DNA of 56,962 bases from Anaerolineae bacterium. GTDB taxonomy: Bacteria; Chloroflexota; Anaerolineae; Epilineales; Epilineaceae. Location of the stretch: NCBI GenBank assembly GCA_044228875.1, contig JBGAUA010000006.1, positions 1-56,962 of the forward strand. Direction: 5' to 3'. Position numbers and translations under genes: made by a program. Positions 11,073 through 20,759 of this stretch are shown here, piece by piece. The first letter of the stretch is position 1; every line of letters begins with the position of its first letter. The notes under the pieces were generated by a model, which saw only the letters and a list, made by a program, of their open reading frames with translations, searched no databases and was not told the origin of the DNA.

Positions 11073-14000
11073 TCAAGCCCCCCGCCGCCCCCCGGCCCCG
11101 CGCGGCGGAGCGGCTGGCACCTGCGGCGCCGCCACATCCACCATCCCGCGGCCCACCAGGCCGTCCAGGGCTTTGATGAGGCCCACGCAGTAGCGCGTCT
11201 GGTTGTTGGGGAAGTCCAGGTCCACCATACCCGCGCCATTCTTCACCCGCAGGCTGAAGCGGTCCTGGCCGCTGTAGCTGGTCAGCAGCTGGTAGACCTG
11301 TCCCAGCAGCTTGATGTCCGCCTGGTGGTCGGCGGAGCGGGGCACCTGGACCGTCAGCCGATAGGGCGCGGTGCCGCGCTCCGCATCGCCTTCCGGCGAG
11401 GCGGGGGGCGGCGCGGGTCGCGGGATGGCGGGCGACGTGTTCGGCGGCGGAATCACCGTCGCCGCAGCCGAAGGCGCTGCGGTCGGGACGGCCAGGGTCG
11501 ACGAATTCGCGGACCGTGCCGGGCTGGCGCCCTGCTGGAAGGGGGAGAGGTCGTCCTCTCCCGCCAGATCGCCCCAACTGGAAGGTTCCGCTTCCGCAGC
11601 CGGCGCGTCCAAGGGGGCGCCGTCACGGTCCGGGTCCACCGCGGGCGGGACGGCCGGGGCCGCTTCGGTCATCTCCGCTGCCAGCCGGAGTCGGACCTCC
11701 GGGTCGAATTCGCGAACCAGGTCGGCGATCACCTGCACCCGGTCCTCGCGCGCCTCCACCTTGCCGGCGATCTGCAGGATGGCGTCCGGACGCCACAGGT
11801 CCTTCGTCTCGGCGTAGATGCGCGGGAAGACCGTCACCTCGATCGCCCCCTGCAGGTCCTCCAGCCTGGCGAAGGCCATCGGCTGACCCTTCTTGGTCAT
11901 GATCACCCGCAGGTCCGTCACCATCCCGGCGATGGTCACCGGCCGGCCGTTCATCGGCGCTTCGATCTCGCCGATGAGGGTGGTCACCGCATCGTTGACC
12001 GCATCCGCAAGGCGCTGCAGCGGGTGGTCGCTGATGTACAGCCCGATCAACTCCTTCTCCGCCGCCAGGTCCTCGCGCGGGTTCTCGGCCACGTTGGGCA
12101 GTTGGCCCAGCACCGATGCCACCGCCAGGGGCTGGTCCGCCCCGAAAAGGCTCATCTGGCCGGCCTGGGCCGCCTGATGGTGGCCGCCCGAATAGCCCGT
12201 CAGCTTGTCCAGCACCGCCAACAGCTGGCCGCGCTTGCCGAAGGCGTCCAGGGCTCCGGCCTTGATCAGGCTCTCCAAGGCCCGTTTGCCCACCGCGCGC
12301 AGATCCACCCGCTGCGCGAGGTCGTCCAGGCTGGCGAAGGGACCTCCGGCGGTCCGTGCGCCGACGATCGGTTCGACGGGACCCTCGCCGACATTCTTCA
12401 CCGCTGCCAGCCCGAAGCGGATGCCGCGGCGGCGCTGCGGGGGCTGCCCCATGGCCGTCTGGCGAGCCTCCTCCACGGCGTCGAGGGTCTCGATGGTGAA
12501 GTCCATCTCCGAGTGGTTGACCGAGGGCGCCAGGAGGGCGATGCCCATGCGCCGGCAATCCGCGGTGATGAGGCCCACCTTCTCGACGTTTCCGCGCTCC
12601 ACCATGAGCAGGGCGGCCATGTACTCCACCGGGTAATGCGCCTTCAGATAGGCCGTCTGGCAGACGATGAGCGCGTAGTCGGCCGCGTGGGCCTTGTTGA
12701 AGCCGTAGCGGGCGAAGGTCTCGATATCGTCGAAGATGCCGCCCGCCGCCGCCGCCGGGATGCCACCCGCCACCGCCCCATCGACGAAGGTCTGGCGGTG
12801 CTCGAGCAGCTTCTCCTTGAGCTTCTTGCCCACCGCCTTGCGAATGGTGTCCGCCTCGCCGGCATTGTAGCCGGCGAGGTCGCGGGCGATCTGGATGATC
12901 TGCTCCTGGTAGACGATGATCCCGTAGGTCTCCGCCAGGATGGGCTCGAGGCCGGGGTGGCGATAGGACACCTTCTCCCGGCCGTGCAGGCGGGCGATGT
13001 AGGTGGGGATATATTCCATGGGCCCCGGACGGTACAGGGCGATGGCCGCCACCACGTGCTCGAAGCGGTGCGGGCGCATCTCACGCAGCATCTTACGCAT
13101 GCCCGCGCCCTCCACCTGAAAGACGCCCGTCACGTCGCCGGAGGTCAGCAGCTGGTAGATTCCCGGGTCGTCCAGGGGGATGTCGTCCAGGGTGTAGCGC
13201 TTGCCGTGGTAGCGTTCGATCATCTCCGCCGCGCGACGGAGCACCGTCAAGGTGGCCAGGCCCAGGAAGTCGACCTTGAGCAGGCCCAGGAGCTCCACGT
13301 CGCCCATGTTGAACTGCGTCACCGGCAGGATCTGGGTAATGTCCTCACCGCCGGCCGGACCGCTGTCGCGCGTGGGGCGGGCCAGGGGCAGATACTCCGT
13401 CAACGGCCGGTCGCTGATGACGACCCCGGCGGCATGGGTGCTGGCATGCCGGGTCACGCCTTCCAGGCTGCGGGCCGTGTCGATGAGCTGGGTCGCCTCC
13501 TCCTCGGTCTGGTAGATGTCGCGCAGCTCCGGGGTGAAGAACTCGCTGGGGGACTCCTCGGAGGGCGGCCGCAGGGCGTCGTCGATGGAGCATGGCTTGC
13601 CCGGCAGGGCCGGCACCAGTTTGGCGATGCGGTCCACGGTGGCCAGCTCCATGCCCAGGGCCCGGCCGGCGTCGCGGATGGCAGCCCGGGCGCCCATGGT
13701 CCCGAAGGTGATGATCTGGGCCACACGGTCATGTCCGTATTTCTGGAAGGCGTAGCGGATGAGCTGGTCGCGCTGGTCGTCGGGGAAGTCCAGGTCGATG
13801 TCCGGCATGGAGATGCGGCTGGGGTTGAGGAAGCGCTCGAAGATCAGCTGGTGGTGCAGCGGGTCCAGGTTGGTGATCTTGAGGGTGTAGGACACGATCG
13901 CACCGGCGCCAGAGCCGCGGACGTTCCACCACACGCCCTCCTGGCGGGCGTAGCGGCAGAGGTCCCAGACGATGAGGAAGTAGTCGTCGAAGCCCATCTG

Positions 14001-14993
14001 GCCGATGACCGACAGCTCGTAGTCCAGCCGGGCGCGCACCGGCGCGGGGAGGGCATCCGGCGAAGCTGCCCCATAGCGCTCACAGGCCCCCGCCTCGCAG
14101 AGCCGGCGCAGGAAGACCGCCGCCGTCTGTCCATCAGGTACCGGGAAGCGCGGCAGCTTGTAGGCGTTGAAGGTGAACGACACATCGCACATCTCGGCGA
14201 TGCGCGCGGTGTTGCTGATGGCCTCCGGCTGGCCGGGGAAGAGGGCCCGCATCTCCGCTTCGGTGCGCAGGTAGAAGCTGTCCCCGATCTTCATCCGCTT
14301 GGGATCGCTCATGGTGGTGCCAGTCTGGATGCACAGCAGCACCTCATGGGTCCGCGGATCCTTCTCGGTGGCGTAATGCACGTCGTTGGTGGCTACCAAG
14401 GGGATGTCCAGCGCCTTGGAGAAGTCCAGGAGCGCCGTGTTGAGCCGCGGGATGAACTCGATGTCGTGGTTCTGCAGCTCGATGAAGTAGCGGTCGCCGA
14501 AGACCTCCTTGTACCAGGCCAGGCTCTCCCGCGCGGCATCCAGCCGGCCGTCGATGATCTTGGAGGGGGCGTCGGCGCCGGGGCAGCCGGAGAAGACGAT
14601 CAGGCCCTCCTGGTACTGGGCCAGGAGCTCGCGATCGACGCGCGGGCGGTAGTAGAAGCCCTCCAGCTGCGCGCGGCTGACCAGCTGCAGGAGGTTGCGG
14701 TAGCCTATGGCGTTCTGGGCCAGCACCGTCAGGTGATAGGGCTTGCGGTCCTCCGGCTCGCGATCGAAGCGGGTGCGCCGCGCCACGTACAACTCGCAGC
14801 CGATGATGGGTTTGATGCCCTGCTTGATGGCCGCCTGGTAGAACTGCACAGCGCCGAACATCACCCCGTGATCGGTAAGGGCCAGGGCATCGAATCCGCG
14901 AGCCTTGGCCGCCTTCACCAGGTCCGGCACCCGCGCCAGCCCGTCCAGAAGGCTGTACTCGCTGTGCACGTGGAGGTGGGTGAAGCCGGGCAT
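11073..14993 (-). CDS. dnaE: DNA polymerase III alpha subunit
   Basis: FTHLHVHSEYSLLDG, RGSGAG, MPDIDLDF, STHAAGVVI, KVDFLGL, YGFNKAH, QMSLF clamp motif, OB fold. Alternative start 15017. Confidence 0.98.
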   Translation of the reverse strand: MPGFTHLHVHSEYSLLDGLARVPDLVKAAKARGFDALALTDHGVMFGAVQFYQAAIKQGIKPIIGCELYVARRTRFDREPEDRKPYHLTVLAQNAIGYRNLLQLVSRAQLEGFYYRPRVDRELLAQYQEGLIVFSGCPGADAPSKIIDGRLDAARESLAWYKEVFGDRYFIELQNHDIEFIPRLNTALLDFSKALDIPLVATNDVHYATEKDPRTHEVLLCIQTGTTMSDPKRMKIGDSFYLRTEAEMRALFPGQPEAISNTARIAEMCDVSFTFNAYKLPRFPVPDGQTAAVFLRRLCEAGACERYGAASPDALPAPVRARLDYELSVIGQMGFDDYFLIVWDLCRYARQEGVWWNVRGSGAGAIVSYTLKITNLDPLHHQLIFERFLNPSRISMPDIDLDFPDDQRDQLIRYAFQKYGHDRVAQIITFGTMGARAAIRDAGRALGMELATVDRIAKLVPALPGKPCSIDDALRPPSEESPSEFFTPELRDIYQTEEEATQLIDTARSLEGVTRHASTHAAGVVISDRPLTEYLPLARPTRDSGPAGGEDITQILPVTQFNMGDVELLGLLKVDFLGLATLTVLRRAAEMIERYHGKRYTLDDIPLDDPGIYQLLTSGDVTGVFQVEGAGMRKMLREMRPHRFEHVVAAIALYRPGPMEYIPTYIARLHGREKVSYRHPGLEPILAETYGIIVYQEQIIQIARDLAGYNAGEADTIRKAVGKKLKEKLLEHRQTFVDGAVAGGIPAAAAGGIFDDIETFARYGFNKAHAADYALIVCQTAYLKAHYPVEYMAALLMVERGNVEKVGLITADCRRMGIALLAPSVNHSEMDFTIETLDAVEEARQTAMGQPPQRRRGIRFGLAAVKNVGEGPVEPIVGARTAGGPFASLDDLAQRVDLRAVGKRALESLIKAGALDAFGKRGQLLAVLDKLTGYSGGHHQAAQAGQMSLFGADQPLAVASVLGQLPNVAENPREDLAAEKELIGLYISDHPLQRLADAVNDAVTTLIGEIEAPMNGRPVTIAGMVTDLRVIMTKKGQPMAFARLEDLQGAIEVTVFPRIYAETKDLWRPDAILQIAGKVEAREDRVQVIADLVREFDPEVRLRLAAEMTEAAPAVPPAVDPDRDGAPLDAPAAEAEPSSWGDLAGEDDLSPFQQGASPARSANSSTLAVPTAAPSAAATVIPPPNTSPAIPRPAPPPASPEGDAERGTAPYRLTVQVPRSADHQADIKLLGQVYQLLTSYSGQDRFSLRVKNGAGMVDLDFPNNQTRYCVGLIKALDGLVGRGMVDVAAPQVPAAPPRGAGGRRGA

Positions 14994-15069
14994 GGGGCGT
15001 GCCTCGTGGGAGATCATGGAGCGGGCGCCGGGCGCGCCGGGAGTCGCGGCGGCGGGAGGGGGGATGCGG

Positions 15070-15078
15070 ATTATAACA
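15070..15078 (-). promoter_or_regulatory. Extended -10 promoter of dnaE
   Basis: TGTTATAAT on the minus strand upstream of dnaE. Confidence 0.7.
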
Positions 15079-15243
15079 TGGAACGCCTGTTCGGGGGGCG
15101 GCGAAGGGCGGCGCATCGATCGGCCTGGAATTGCCAGCCGCTCCAGGTCGCTCTACGATCTCCGGCCGCCATCGCTCCAAGCCAGGAAGCTCGGTGGTTC
15201 GAGGTATCCAAGCCAGCCCCCCACCTACCCCGTGATCCCTGCC

Positions 15244-16848
15244 ATGCACGCCATTCTTCTGCCGGCCCTCGGCCTGCTCAACGTCGCCTGCCTGACCTTC
15301 GTCGCCGTCTATGCCCTCCGGCTGATGGTCCTGACCGCCTTCGCCCTGCGCTCGGCGCCGCAGGGTCTACCGGCGATGGTGGGCGACACCGGGCTGCCCT
15401 TTGTCACCGTCCAGCTGCCCCTGTACAACGAGCCGGCCGTCGCTCGGCGGGTCATCGACGCGGCCTGCGCCCTGGACTGGCCGACCGACCGGCTGGAGAT
15501 CCAGATCCTGGACGATTCGACCGACCATACCCGGCGGATCGTGGACCGGCAGGCGTTGCGCTGGCGGCAGAACGGTCGGACGGTGAACGTGATCCGTCGC
15601 GCGGACCGGGAGGGCTTCAAGGCCGGGGCCCTGCGGCAGGGCACCGCCGTGGCCCAAGGCGAGTTCATCGCCATCTTCGACGCGGACTTCCTGCCGGCGG
15701 CTGACTTCCTCCGCCGGGCCATGCCCTACTTCGGCCCGCGAACCTGCGCCGTCCAGGCGCGCTGGTCTCACCTCAACGATTGCGAGAACCTCCTTACCCG
15801 CGTCCAGGCCCTGGCCCTGGACGGCTACTTCATGATCGAGCAGCGCGTGCTGAGCGAACGCCGGGGCTTCCTGACCTTCAACGGCAGCGCCGGGATCTGG
15901 CGCAAGGCCGCCATCGTGGATGCCGGAGACTGGAGCGGTGATACCGTCGCGGAGGACACCGACCTCAGCTATCGGGCCCTCCTGGCCGGCTGGAGAATCC
16001 ACTTCGTCTCCCAACTGGATGTGCCCGCGGAGCTGCCGGCCTCCATTCCGGGCCTCAAGACCCAGCAATACCGGTGGGCCGCGGGCACCACCCAGGTGCT
16101 GCTGAAGCTCGCCCGGCCCATCCTTCGCTCTGGGGAAAGCCGTTGGCGCAAGGCCGTCGCCCTGTCCACCCTCGGTCGGCACCTCTCCCACATCGTCATG
16201 CTCCTCCTGCTGCTGAGCGCGCCGGCGATGTGGCTGGCGCCGCTGCCATTGGGCGTCGCGGGCGGCGCTTTCTGGCTCATCCCCCTGTCCGCCCTGAGCT
16301 TCTACGGTCTGGCCCAACGCTCGTTGTACGCCGACTGGAAGCAGCGTCTCCTGATCTACCCCCTGGCCATGATCCTCAACCTGGGCATGTCGGCCAACAA
16401 CGCCGTGGCCGTGCTTGCCGCCTTGGCAGGGCGACGGCCCGCCTTTGAGCGGACGGAGAAGCGCGGCGCGGCGGAGGATCGGCCGCGTTCAGGAGGCCGG
16501 CAGGGACCGGGTGGATCCGGGGCGGCCTTCCGTCGCGGCCGGGTGGTGGCCCTGCTGGAGCTGTCGCTGGGCGCCTATGCCACCGCCGGCCTGGGCCTGG
16601 CCCTGGCGCAAGGGGCTTGGGGCCCGGCGCTCCTGCTGGGCCTGTTCAGCGCCGGTTACACGCTGGTGATCGGTCTGGGCCTGGTGGATCGCCTGCGCGG
16701 CTCCCAGATCTCCCTGGGCCGACGTTGGGCGGGGGAATGGACGAGGCGCCGGGGCCGGTTGGACGTTTCGCATGTGGTCGCGCCGGGCTTCCACAGCCCG
16801 ACCGTCCATCCGCTCGACGATGCTGAGACGGCTCGGGCGGACCAGTGA
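15244..16848 (+). CDS. Processive glycosyltransferase family 2 (cellulose-synthase-like, CslA-type)
   Basis: VTVQLPLYNE, LDDS, GFKAGAL, FDADF, FNGSAGIWR, AED, QQYRW (D,D,D,QxxRW). Several TM helices. Confidence 0.88.
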   Translation: MHAILLPALGLLNVACLTFVAVYALRLMVLTAFALRSAPQGLPAMVGDTGLPFVTVQLPLYNEPAVARRVIDAACALDWPTDRLEIQILDDSTDHTRRIVDRQALRWRQNGRTVNVIRRADREGFKAGALRQGTAVAQGEFIAIFDADFLPAADFLRRAMPYFGPRTCAVQARWSHLNDCENLLTRVQALALDGYFMIEQRVLSERRGFLTFNGSAGIWRKAAIVDAGDWSGDTVAEDTDLSYRALLAGWRIHFVSQLDVPAELPASIPGLKTQQYRWAAGTTQVLLKLARPILRSGESRWRKAVALSTLGRHLSHIVMLLLLLSAPAMWLAPLPLGVAGGAFWLIPLSALSFYGLAQRSLYADWKQRLLIYPLAMILNLGMSANNAVAVLAALAGRRPAFERTEKRGAAEDRPRSGGRQGPGGSGAAFRRGRVVALLELSLGAYATAGLGLALAQGAWGPALLLGLFSAGYTLVIGLGLVDRLRGSQISLGRRWAGEWTRRRGRLDVSHVVAPGFHSPTVHPLDDAETARADQ

Positions 16849-16906
16849 CCGGACAGGCACGCGTCGGTGGATGTGTGACCTTCGGCACCCTCAACGGATA
16901 GCGGCT

Positions 16907-17488
16907 TCAGCCCACCTCGTCCAGCCCCTCGTTGGGCCGGTAGGCGCGGCCGGTGCGCAGGGCGCGGCCTACCTTGACGTACTTCGCCGCCCAGCGACGC
17001 CCCGGGTCGGTCTCCTCGGGACGGAGGGTGCGCTTGACCTGTGCCGGCAGGCCGGCGACCAGACTGCCCGGAGGCACCCGCATGCCCTCAGGCACCAAGG
17101 CTCCGGCGGCGACGATGCTGCCGCGGCCGATGACCGCGCCGTTGAGTACCCTGGCCCCCATGCCGATCAGGCAGCAGTCCTCCACCACGCAGCCGTGCAG
17201 GAGGGCCATGTGGCCCACCGTCACCTCGCGCCCCACGATGCAGGGCCATTCATCGGCCACGTGGAGCATGGAGAGGTCCTGGATGTTGCTGCCTTCGCCC
17301 ACCTCCACCCGGTTGATGTCGCCGCGCAACACCGCGTTGAACAGCACCGTGACCCGGGCATGGATGACCACCTCGCCCACCAGGACCACGCCAGGCGCCA
17401 GCCAGGCATCCGCGGCCACCTGGGGCAGCGTGTCGCCGTAGGGCAGGAGCAGGGCCGAAGGCAGATCGGGAACGGTCATGACGGTCAT
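16907..17488 (-). CDS. Gamma carbonic anhydrase family (left-handed beta-helix)
   Basis: AVLRGDIN, SNIQD, LHV, VGHMALLHGC (three His ligands), AGLPA. ATGA overlap with the upstream stop. Confidence 0.92.
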   Translation of the reverse strand: MTVMTVPDLPSALLLPYGDTLPQVAADAWLAPGVVLVGEVVIHARVTVLFNAVLRGDINRVEVGEGSNIQDLSMLHVADEWPCIVGREVTVGHMALLHGCVVEDCCLIGMGARVLNGAVIGRGSIVAAGALVPEGMRVPPGSLVAGLPAQVKRTLRPEETDPGRRWAAKYVKVGRALRTGRAYRPNEGLDEVG

Positions 17489-19396
17489 CCCCTTCCGGGC
17501 AAGGCCGCGCGACGGGCCGCCGTCGACCAGCGGCGCAGCGGCGGACCCAGCCGTTCGATGAGCGCGCGGCGGTGATCGTAGGCCCATTCGGCCAGGAGCA
17601 GCACAAAGGCCATCGCGGCCAGGGGCCGCCAGAGCTCGCGTCGGCCGGGCGACGGGAGCGAGATGGGCGCGGAGGCGTCGCCGGCGGCTGTTCCGGCCGT
17701 GGCCAGCGGGTTTCGCGGACGGATGTCCAAAGGGCGCGTCGAGACCATGTTGACGGCGAAGGCCGTCTCCTCCGGGCCGTCGGGGCCGGTCGCCAGCACG
17801 CGGTAGAGGCCGACGCGGCCCGTGCCGGCGAACGCCGCCTGCCCCGAAGCGATCGTGAGCGCCGTCTCCTCGCCCGCCGGGTCGATGATCCGCGCGGCTT
17901 CAACGCCGGGCGCCAGCCGCAGGGCCAGCGGTTCGCCGAGCGCCGCCTCGCGCGGCGGTTCCACCAGGCCCCGGGGTGTCAGGTTCTCCACGGCCGCGGC
18001 GATGAAGAGCGGGAAGGCCGGCAGGAGCGGCAGGTCGGAGTCCCGGAGGTCGAAGGCCATCAGGAGGGCTCGCTGGCCGTTCAGGTGGCCCTCGGCCACG
18101 AGGGGCCAGGTGACGCCGTCCGCCTGGGCGGTCACCAAGGGCGTCCAGCCCGGGCCCAGCGCCAAGGCCTGTGCCCGCAGGATGGCCGCTTCGGCGAAGC
18201 CGGTGTCGGCCAGGAGGGGGTGCGCGGGATCGGAGATCACCGGCTGTGGCAGCTCGAGGACCCGGTCCGTCGGACGCAGGGCGTCGGGACTGCCGAGGGC
18301 CAAGGGCCCGCGGGGCGCCACCAGCAGGAGGGGGCAGTCCGGCAGCCGCGCCGGCAGCAGCCCGTCCAGCACCGCCAGATCGATGAGGCCCCAAGGCCGA
18401 TCCACCTCCGCCGCGTCCAGGTTGCGCACGCTCGCCACCGCCGGCAGGAGCCCCAAGGCGATCTCGAGGAAGCGGTTGCCCTCGCCCACCAGGGCCAGTC
18501 GCAGCGGGCGGCTCCGCGGCCGGACCACCCAGGCTTCGTCGTCCAGGGGCAGGGCGTCAGGCTGGTCGAAAGCGACCCGCACCTGCGATGTCTCGGGCGG
18601 GAGGTCCAAGGTGAAGCCGCTGAAGCCGCCCGGCGGCAGGTCCAGGTCCCGGGCGTCCAGGAGCCGCCCGTCCACCTCCACCAGCAGCCGCCGCCGCGCG
18701 GACTGCCGGCCCCCGTTGCCCGCCTGCGCGAAGAGCAGCGGCCCCTGATCGGTGGGACCTTCCGTCAGGCTCAAGGCGCTGATGGCCTGGTTGACCGACG
18801 CCTCGCCCAGGGGATCGAAGCGCAGCGCCAGGCCGGCCGGCGGTGGCCCGTCCAGGTCGAAGGCGCCGTCGGAGTAAAGGATCACCGTCATCCCCGGCTG
18901 GCCCAGGGCCAGAGACCGTCAGGCCCTCCAGGACCCGGCGGATGCGGCCGGGATCCGTCTCGCCGGCGACCAGCAGCTCCGGATGCGCGTCGAACGCGAT
19001 CAACGTGAACCGCGCGCCGGGCCGGCCCTCCACCAACGCCAGGATGCGGCGCCGCGCCGCGGCCAGGCGGTTGGGGGCCAGATCGGTAGCGGCCATGGTC
19101 GCCGAACGGTCCACGAGGAGGATCAGGTGCTCGCCGCTGACCGCCTGGCGGCTGGACAGCCAGGGGCGGGACAGGGCCAGGACCAGCAGGCTCAGCGCGA
19201 GCAGCTGCAGGAGGAGGAGGGGGCTGCGGCGCAGCGGTCTCCAGGGCCGGGCCGCCGGCGGATCCTGCCGCACCTCGCGCCACAGGAAGAGGGAGGGCAC
19301 CCGCAGCGCCGCCTGGCGCGGGCGCAGCATGTGCAGGGCCAGGACCAGACCCAGCAGGGCGCTCAGGCCCAGGGCCGCGGGAGCCAGCAAGCCCAT
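17485..19396 (-). pseudogene. BatA-N/VWA membrane protein, frameshifted near 18905-18920 (pseudogene or assembly error)
   Basis: The N-half (19396) has BatA-like PSLFLW..LLLLQLLAL..LALSRP and VWA DRSATM. The C-half continues in another frame (LALGQPGMTVILYSDG) and ends with a TM segment LLLAEW. The C-frame has TGA at 18919-18921. Confidence 0.75.
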
Positions 19397-19443
19397 GGGG
19401 CGTCAGCCGGCGCTGACCGACGGAGGTCCGGCTCGACCGCCCC

Positions 19444-20682
19444 TCACGGCCATTGGCCGCGCCCGACGAGGGGAAAGACGATGCGGGCGCGGTCCTCCCC
19501 GCCTTCGGGCGTCGGTGTGGGCTCGGTTGCCTGCCCGGTCGGCGCGGCCGTGGGATCGGGACCCTCGCCCGGCGTCGGCGTGGGCGTGCGGGTGGCCGGC
19601 CGCGGCGTGGGCGTGACCGAGGGAGGCAGTGTGGCCGTTGGCGACGGCGTGGCGGAGGCCGGCGGGGGCAAGGCGGTCACGGTGGCGGGATGGGCGCCGC
19701 GGCGGCGCTGCATCTGCTCCCATTCCACCACACCCCGTTGGCCGCCGGTGGGGCTGAGGCGCTGGATGGACCACCGAGGCCGCACCTCGATGATGGCGTA
19801 GAGGCTGCCATCCGGTCCGGTGGCCAGCTTCCAGCAGCGCCCGGTTACCTTGAAGCCGCCGTCGGGGCTGCCGTCGGGCTTGAAGCGCTCGACGCGGCTG
19901 TTGTCGCCCACGCCCTCGTGTACGGGGATGAAGATCCGCCCGTCGGGCGCCACGGCGATGCCCGTGGGCACCGCCGGGAGCTTCCAGGATCCGGCCAGTC
20001 CACCGTCGATGCTGTAGCGCATCACGCGAGGGTCGTCGGGATCGTCGTAGACCACGTAGCGGATGCCGTCCGCGCCGAGGGCCATGTCCAGGGCCCAGGG
20101 CTCGATGACCATGCGGTCCAGGGCTGCGCCGCCGGGGCTGTAGCGCCGGATCTCGGTGTAGCCGGCATCACCGGCGATCAGAATGTCGATGGTGCCGTCC
20201 TTCTCGACGCCGATCGAGCGCACGTAGTCCACCTCGCCGAGCCCGAGATCCCAGGCCACCACCTGTTCCATGGCATCGCTCAGACGGCTGATGAGGCTGA
20301 GTGCGGGCAGGTCCGGCTGATCGGGGATGGGAATGGACAGGTCCATGACCATCCCGCCGCCGGGCATCCCCGCCAGATCGTGGATGTCACCGATGCTCAT
20401 GAAGCCCCCTCGCCAGGCCAGGCCGGAGGAGTACCGATCCAGCCCGATCTGTCCGGTGTCCGTGCCCATGGTCACCCAGACGTCGCCGACCTCGTCCGCC
20501 GCCAGATTGGTGGGGAAGTCCGGCACCGCTGCATGGGCCGCCGGCGGCGTTGACGGTGACGCGCCCGACCAAGGCCATCCACCGAGGAAGATCAGGGCGC
20601 ATCCGACGGCCAGGACGGTCAGCCCGCGTCCGCGGTCGGCAACGGTCGTCGTCATGCGGGGGTCCTCCGGCGTCTGCCTCAT
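19444..20682 (-). CDS. Secreted beta-propeller (NHL/SMP-30-like) protein with PT-rich tail
   Basis: GGAGG RBS, signal peptide, repeats such as PTGIAVAPDGRIFI and LATGPDGSLY, TP-rich linker, C-terminal RIVFPLVGR. Confidence 0.75.
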   Translation of the reverse strand: MRQTPEDPRMTTTVADRGRGLTVLAVGCALIFLGGWPWSGASPSTPPAAHAAVPDFPTNLAADEVGDVWVTMGTDTGQIGLDRYSSGLAWRGGFMSIGDIHDLAGMPGGGMVMDLSIPIPDQPDLPALSLISRLSDAMEQVVAWDLGLGEVDYVRSIGVEKDGTIDILIAGDAGYTEIRRYSPGGAALDRMVIEPWALDMALGADGIRYVVYDDPDDPRVMRYSIDGGLAGSWKLPAVPTGIAVAPDGRIFIPVHEGVGDNSRVERFKPDGSPDGGFKVTGRCWKLATGPDGSLYAIIEVRPRWSIQRLSPTGGQRGVVEWEQMQRRRGAHPATVTALPPPASATPSPTATLPPSVTPTPRPATRTPTPTPGEGPDPTAAPTGQATEPTPTPEGGEDRARIVFPLVGRGQWP

Positions 20683-20759
20683 GGTCTGCCTCCCGGGGTT
20701 CTGTGGTGCGGCCGCCCGCTCAACGCCGAGCCCGCTTGCTCCGAACGCGGTGCACGGGC

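Noticed and set aside
11073-14993. Intein in DnaE
   Set aside because: No intein splice motifs at YGFNKAH or elsewhere. The extra length is a low-complexity linker.
15196-15204. tRNA T-loop-like GGTTCGAGG
   Set aside because: No cloverleaf or acceptor stem around it.
11325-15704. 1459-aa plus-strand ORF
   Set aside because: Antisense shadow of dnaE. No motifs, and such ORFs are expected at this GC content.
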